NCBI GenBank assembly: GCA_965227295.1
Contig: OZ245742.1
Span: 3,968,001-4,032,000 of the forward strand
Direction: 5' to 3'
Length of the DNA stretch: 64,000 bases
From: Leptonemataceae bacterium
GTDB lineage: Bacteria; Spirochaetota; Leptospiria; Leptospirales; Leptonemataceae
In this document: one piece after another, positions 60,189 to 64,000 of the stretch
Position numbering within the stretch: position 1 is the first letter of the stretch
Layout: every line of letters begins with the position of its first letter
The notes under the pieces: generated by a model
The model's input: the letters and a program-made list of their open reading frames with translations, nothing else
Told to the model about the DNA's origin: nothing
Database searches by the model: none
Made by a program: the position numbers and the translations under genes

Positions 60189-61370
60189 ATGAACCGATTG
60201 CAACTTACGATCCTCCTGTTCGGCGCGCTGATGATATTCGGCGGCGTGGCCGTGCTCTTTGCCGCCGGCGGCATCGGCTGGAGCGCCGAAGAACTGGCCG
60301 CCCAACGTCGTAGCGAGGCCTACGTCGACCTGCGCGAAGCCGACGAGTATCTGCGCCAGAATTCCAGGGAGTCCGCTCGTGCGGCGTCCGTAATCTTCAA
60401 TCGCGTGCTCGCCCGAAACATTGCGCCGGACATCAACGACGTGGCGACCTACGGCCTGGCCGTGGCCCTGGAAAAAATGGACGATCGCCAGGCGGCATTG
60501 GAGTACTACCGTGAACTGAAAGAGCGCGGTGTCGATGACCTGGCCCTGGCCGATCGCGTGGACTATTCCCTGGGCAAGCTGCTGCTCTACATCGATCACG
60601 AAGAAGAAGGCAGTTCCCTGCTAAAGACGCTGCTCGCCCGCACGAAGGACAAACGCCTCAAATCTAAGATCCACGCCGCCTTCGGTCACTTCGCTTTGCG
60701 CAAGGGGCAACGCAATCGTGCCGAGGCGAATTTCCGCATCGCTCTGAAATACGATCCCGAGAACCTCCAGGCGGAGCGCGGTCGCGCGGCGGCGCTGAAG
60801 GGCCAGGGCCGTGCCTGGGAAGCCTACAAGCACTACGACGATTACCTCGTGGGCAACGGCAACCTGGATCCAAAAGAGAAACAGGAACTTTCATCGGATC
60901 TGCGCCGGGACGCTTACAGCCGCGGCATCGCCGCTTATCGCCAGGGCCGCTATCACGACGCGGCCGGCTATCTGAACCGCGCGTTGCGTACTTCAGGCGA
61001 CGCCCGGATTACGGAAAAGTCGTTATTCTGGCTGGGAGAAAGTTACGCCGGGGCCGGTCAGGATGATAAAGCCTTAAGCTACTATGATCGTACATTAAAG
61101 AACGCCGACTCGACCTACGACCAGGCGGCCCTTGTAAAGAAAGGCATCCTATTGGAAAAGAAGGGCAACCTGGAAGAAGCCGGTGCCGCTTTCCAGCGGG
61201 CCGTCGAAGACTACCCGGGCGGTCGTTATACGGATCGCGCCCTGGAATGGCGTCAGGAGGTCCTGGCACAACTCCGCGAAAAGGCGATCGTCGAGAACAG
61301 TGCGTACGACGAAAAACGGGAGCCGGAGAAAGACGAGGCGACCGAAGAAAAGAAACAGGCTGAGGAATAG
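60189..61370 (+). CDS. Membrane-anchored TPR protein
   Basis: N-terminal hydrophobic segment; TPRs ending in a CpoB/YbgF-like FQRAVEDYPGG; 3 bp after the upstream gene. Confidence 0.85.
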   Translation: MNRLQLTILLFGALMIFGGVAVLFAAGGIGWSAEELAAQRRSEAYVDLREADEYLRQNSRESARAASVIFNRVLARNIAPDINDVATYGLAVALEKMDDRQAALEYYRELKERGVDDLALADRVDYSLGKLLLYIDHEEEGSSLLKTLLARTKDKRLKSKIHAAFGHFALRKGQRNRAEANFRIALKYDPENLQAERGRAAALKGQGRAWEAYKHYDDYLVGNGNLDPKEKQELSSDLRRDAYSRGIAAYRQGRYHDAAGYLNRALRTSGDARITEKSLFWLGESYAGAGQDDKALSYYDRTLKNADSTYDQAALVKKGILLEKKGNLEEAGAAFQRAVEDYPGGRYTDRALEWRQEVLAQLREKAIVENSAYDEKREPEKDEATEEKKQAEE

Positions 61371-61396
61371 GGCTCCAGCCTTCGCGATAGCACTGC

Positions 61397-62353
61397 CTAC
61401 TCGTACTCTCGTTGCGGGTCCGGATTCTCGTCGTCGCCGGGCAGCGAGACATCCAGGCCCGCCTTTTCGTAGATGAACGGCACAATGTCCGTAAGCCTGC
61501 GAATGCGCCCGGGAACCTCGGCGGCGTATTTGCCGAAAGCGAAGGTGGGCACCTTGTTGTTCGTATGGGACTTCGTGCTCAAATCCTCTAGGTTTCCATG
61601 ATCCGAAGTTATGAGCAGGAGCTCTTCCTCGGGATCGATTGTTTCCACGATGCCGGCAATGAATTCTTCCAGGGTGCGGACGACCCATTCCGCCAGATCG
61701 AAGGCCTGATCATGGCCGGCTTTGTCGCTCAGGAAAAACTCAAAGACGCACAGCTCGTAGCGCCGGGCCATCGCCACGAGGTCCCGCCCGCGCTGCCTCG
61801 CATCGATCAACGGGAAACGGCCGGCCTCGTCCGGATACAACCGGTGCATGATCTCATGCGTGATGTCCATATAAAGCGCGTCCCCGCGTTCGAGGTCCGT
61901 CAGGCGCTTGAGGGCCTGACCGGACGCGGTATGCAGGTGGGTGGAAGCGGATTTCAGGCGCGGCTTCTGCTGGATGCGCTGCACGTAGTCGTCGGAATAG
62001 GCGTTCAGCAAGGTGGCGGGGCGACCGGCGTCGTGAAAGGCTTTGATGACCGAATACTCCCGAATGACTCGAATCAGCGTCGGCCCGGGGAAACCGGTCT
62101 TGTGTCGCTGCATGGCCCGGACTCCGTTCGTGCCGGTCCACAGGGACGTCTGGCCCGTGGCCGATTGGGGGAGGCCGTCAAAGCCCAGGTGCGCGTCTGT
62201 TTCGGCGATTTCCCAGCCCTCTGCCGTGGATTCCGATGGAGATATGTCGCCCGGAGCCGATAAATAAGACAGGGCGTAGCGGCTGAACGGATTGCGGTCG
62301 GGATCGTTCTCCCCGAGACCCACGCCGTCGATAAATAGATAAATTACCCGCAC
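61397..62353 (-). CDS. Alkaline-phosphatase-superfamily metalloenzyme (phosphoglycerate mutase/phosphopentomutase-like)
   Basis: FIDGVGLG, PQSATGQT, SDKAGH, TSDHGNLED, HT.NKVP. Confidence 0.88.
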   Translation of the reverse strand: MRVIYLFIDGVGLGENDPDRNPFSRYALSYLSAPGDISPSESTAEGWEIAETDAHLGFDGLPQSATGQTSLWTGTNGVRAMQRHKTGFPGPTLIRVIREYSVIKAFHDAGRPATLLNAYSDDYVQRIQQKPRLKSASTHLHTASGQALKRLTDLERGDALYMDITHEIMHRLYPDEAGRFPLIDARQRGRDLVAMARRYELCVFEFFLSDKAGHDQAFDLAEWVVRTLEEFIAGIVETIDPEEELLLITSDHGNLEDLSTKSHTNNKVPTFAFGKYAAEVPGRIRRLTDIVPFIYEKAGLDVSLPGDDENPDPQREYE

Positions 62354-62421
62354 GAATTCGCAAACTCTCGCCGCAGCACCTGTTGTATATTAAAAGAAAA
62401 GACCAGTAGAGCCCGTATCCT

Positions 62422-64000
62422 ATGTCCCGGAAAACAGTGAAAGAGCCGTTGCGCATCCTGAAAACCCCCGATCCAATTTTCTGGCAGGCCGGTTTTGACG
62501 AGGAGCGTCCCGCTCCGGCCGCCCTGGAAAGCCTGGAGCGCGGGCGTCGGCCGGTTTCCGGTAGACGCCCCGAAACAAAGACGTCTGCTCCTGCAGGAGC
62601 GCCTGCACCGGCGCAGCCCGAAAGCACGTCCACGCCACCGGCCCGGGAACGGGTCTTTACCCGTGAGCTCCGCAACGTCACCGGAAACGTCCTGAAACAC
62701 CGGCCGTCTGCCGGGGTCCGGCCGATTCGCCGGGAATTGCGGCGCCCTCTGGATCCGCCGCCGCGCGAAGAATCTGAACTGCACGAGGAACCGCCGGCCG
62801 CGGCAGAGTCACCGGCGCCTGCACCGGCCGCGGAAAAGACCTCACATCCCCTGCGCCGCCTGCGAAATCACGAGGGCGAATTCACGCCGCCGAAGTCGTT
62901 GCCGCCGGGTGCCGAACGCCCCTGGCTCCGGTCCATCCGCAAGGAGACGACTCCGGATGCGCCGGATACAAAGTCCGCTCCGCCGGCGGCGGAGATCAGC
63001 CCGGCCCCGCCCCTGAAAGAAGAAGAAACGTCCCCGGTTCCGCCGGAGACCGGTGCCGCCCAGGCGGAAATATCGCCGCCTCCGCCGCTGTACTCGGAAA
63101 CGAAACCGGCACCACCGCCGGAGGTCGTCCTCCTGGAATCGGATGATCTCGTTTCGTTGCCGGAGCACGTTCGGGGGGCGGCCCGGGTATTACAGACCGT
63201 AGTTGTAGAATCGGAGTCGTTCGCAGCTCCGGATGAGGAAAAAGCGGCCGCGGCGGAACCGGTAGAGGTTCCGCCGCAGGCAGAACCGGACGTGGCTCCG
63301 CCCGCGGTCGAAGAACCGGCGACGGTCCTCGTTGAGGTGGATCGCACCGAAGTGGGCGAACCTGCCGTCGAGGAACCTGTCGTGGAGGGACCGCCCGAGC
63401 CGGAAGCGAGTACTGTCATAACTGCTCCGCCGGTAGTCACCGCTGACGACGAAGAAGATACGTCCGAACTCCTCGACGATCCGGACCTGGACGCCCCGCC
63501 CATGACCGTGACCCCGGTGGTGGCTGCGGTTCCGACGGCCGAAGCAATTGTAGAGGAATCGGACGGGGGCGATGATCCCGCGCAACCGAAGACTCAGTCT
63601 GAGGCCTTCCCGGACGAGGGTCTGGACGAAGAAGAACTCCCGGAAGAATCCTCCAGCCTCAAAGACGAGTTCTTCGACGAAATTCGCAAGGGCGACAGCG
63701 ACGATGATCTCGGTGATATAGTCATGAGCAAACCCGCGTCGGCAGGACCGACTCCCGGGCGCGATACATCCGATCCCTTCGATGTTGCCGATGACGATCC
63801 GATCTTTCTGAGCCCGCTCGAAAACGAAAATGATATCGAGGACGATTTCGTAGCCGGGTCGCCCAGGGCGAAGGGCGATGCGCCGGACATGGAAGAGTTT
63901 CTCGAAGTGGATTCCGGCCTGGATCTGGAGCTCGGCCTCGACCAAAAAATCGACGAACACATTCGCGAGAGCCTGTCGGAACCATCCCCCGGGGCGACAC
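62422..64000 (+). CDS. Long Pro/Glu/Asp-rich low-complexity protein (runs off the window end, 3' partial)
   Basis: Not in the ORF track because there is no stop. Frame is open from ATG 62422 (MSRKTVKEPLRILKTPDPIFWQAGFDEE...) to the window end, at least 526 codons. Confidence 0.8.
   Translation, partial: MSRKTVKEPLRILKTPDPIFWQAGFDEERPAPAALESLERGRRPVSGRRPETKTSAPAGAPAPAQPESTSTPPARERVFTRELRNVTGNVLKHRPSAGVRPIRRELRRPLDPPPREESELHEEPPAAAESPAPAPAAEKTSHPLRRLRNHEGEFTPPKSLPPGAERPWLRSIRKETTPDAPDTKSAPPAAEISPAPPLKEEETSPVPPETGAAQAEISPPPPLYSETKPAPPPEVVLLESDDLVSLPEHVRGAARVLQTVVVESESFAAPDEEKAAAAEPVEVPPQAEPDVAPPAVEEPATVLVEVDRTEVGEPAVEEPVVEGPPEPEASTVITAPPVVTADDEEDTSELLDDPDLDAPPMTVTPVVAAVPTAEAIVEESDGGDDPAQPKTQSEAFPDEGLDEEELPEESSSLKDEFFDEIRKGDSDDDLGDIVMSKPASAGPTPGRDTSDPFDVADDDPIFLSPLENENDIEDDFVAGSPRAKGDAPDMEEFLEVDSGLDLELGLDQKIDEHIRESLSEPSPGAT

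Overview
GC-rich chromosomal segment, most likely from a Leptospiraceae spirochaete (inferred from an FcpA-related protein, an OmpL37-family protein, a PilZ/DUF1577-like protein and a class II LysRS). Most of it is core genes: lysS, nrdJ, lysA, a UvrD/PcrA helicase, cysND/cysH/cobA, trhO, dapD, mpaA, ugd, lolCE/D, clpC, mtaB and several TPR proteins. No rRNA, tRNA or CRISPR array was seen. Four things stand out. (1) A non-coding ~330-bp unit forms tandem arrays at two loci (5.0-6.1 kb and 30.0-31.0 kb), both between convergent genes. Its conserved blocks alternate with variable blocks that are shuffled between units and loci, and it carries two kinds of covarying hairpin insert. (2) A CarH-type coenzyme-B12 photoreceptor gene sits inside a furan/methylated fatty-acid (ufa-like) cluster. 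(3) A single McsA-McsB fusion gene lies upstream of clpC. (4) Several families of small palindromic elements are present: five REPIN/MITE-like copies, two structured-RNA-like copies and an internally deleted IS1182. All family assignments come from recognising motifs by eye; no database searches were run.
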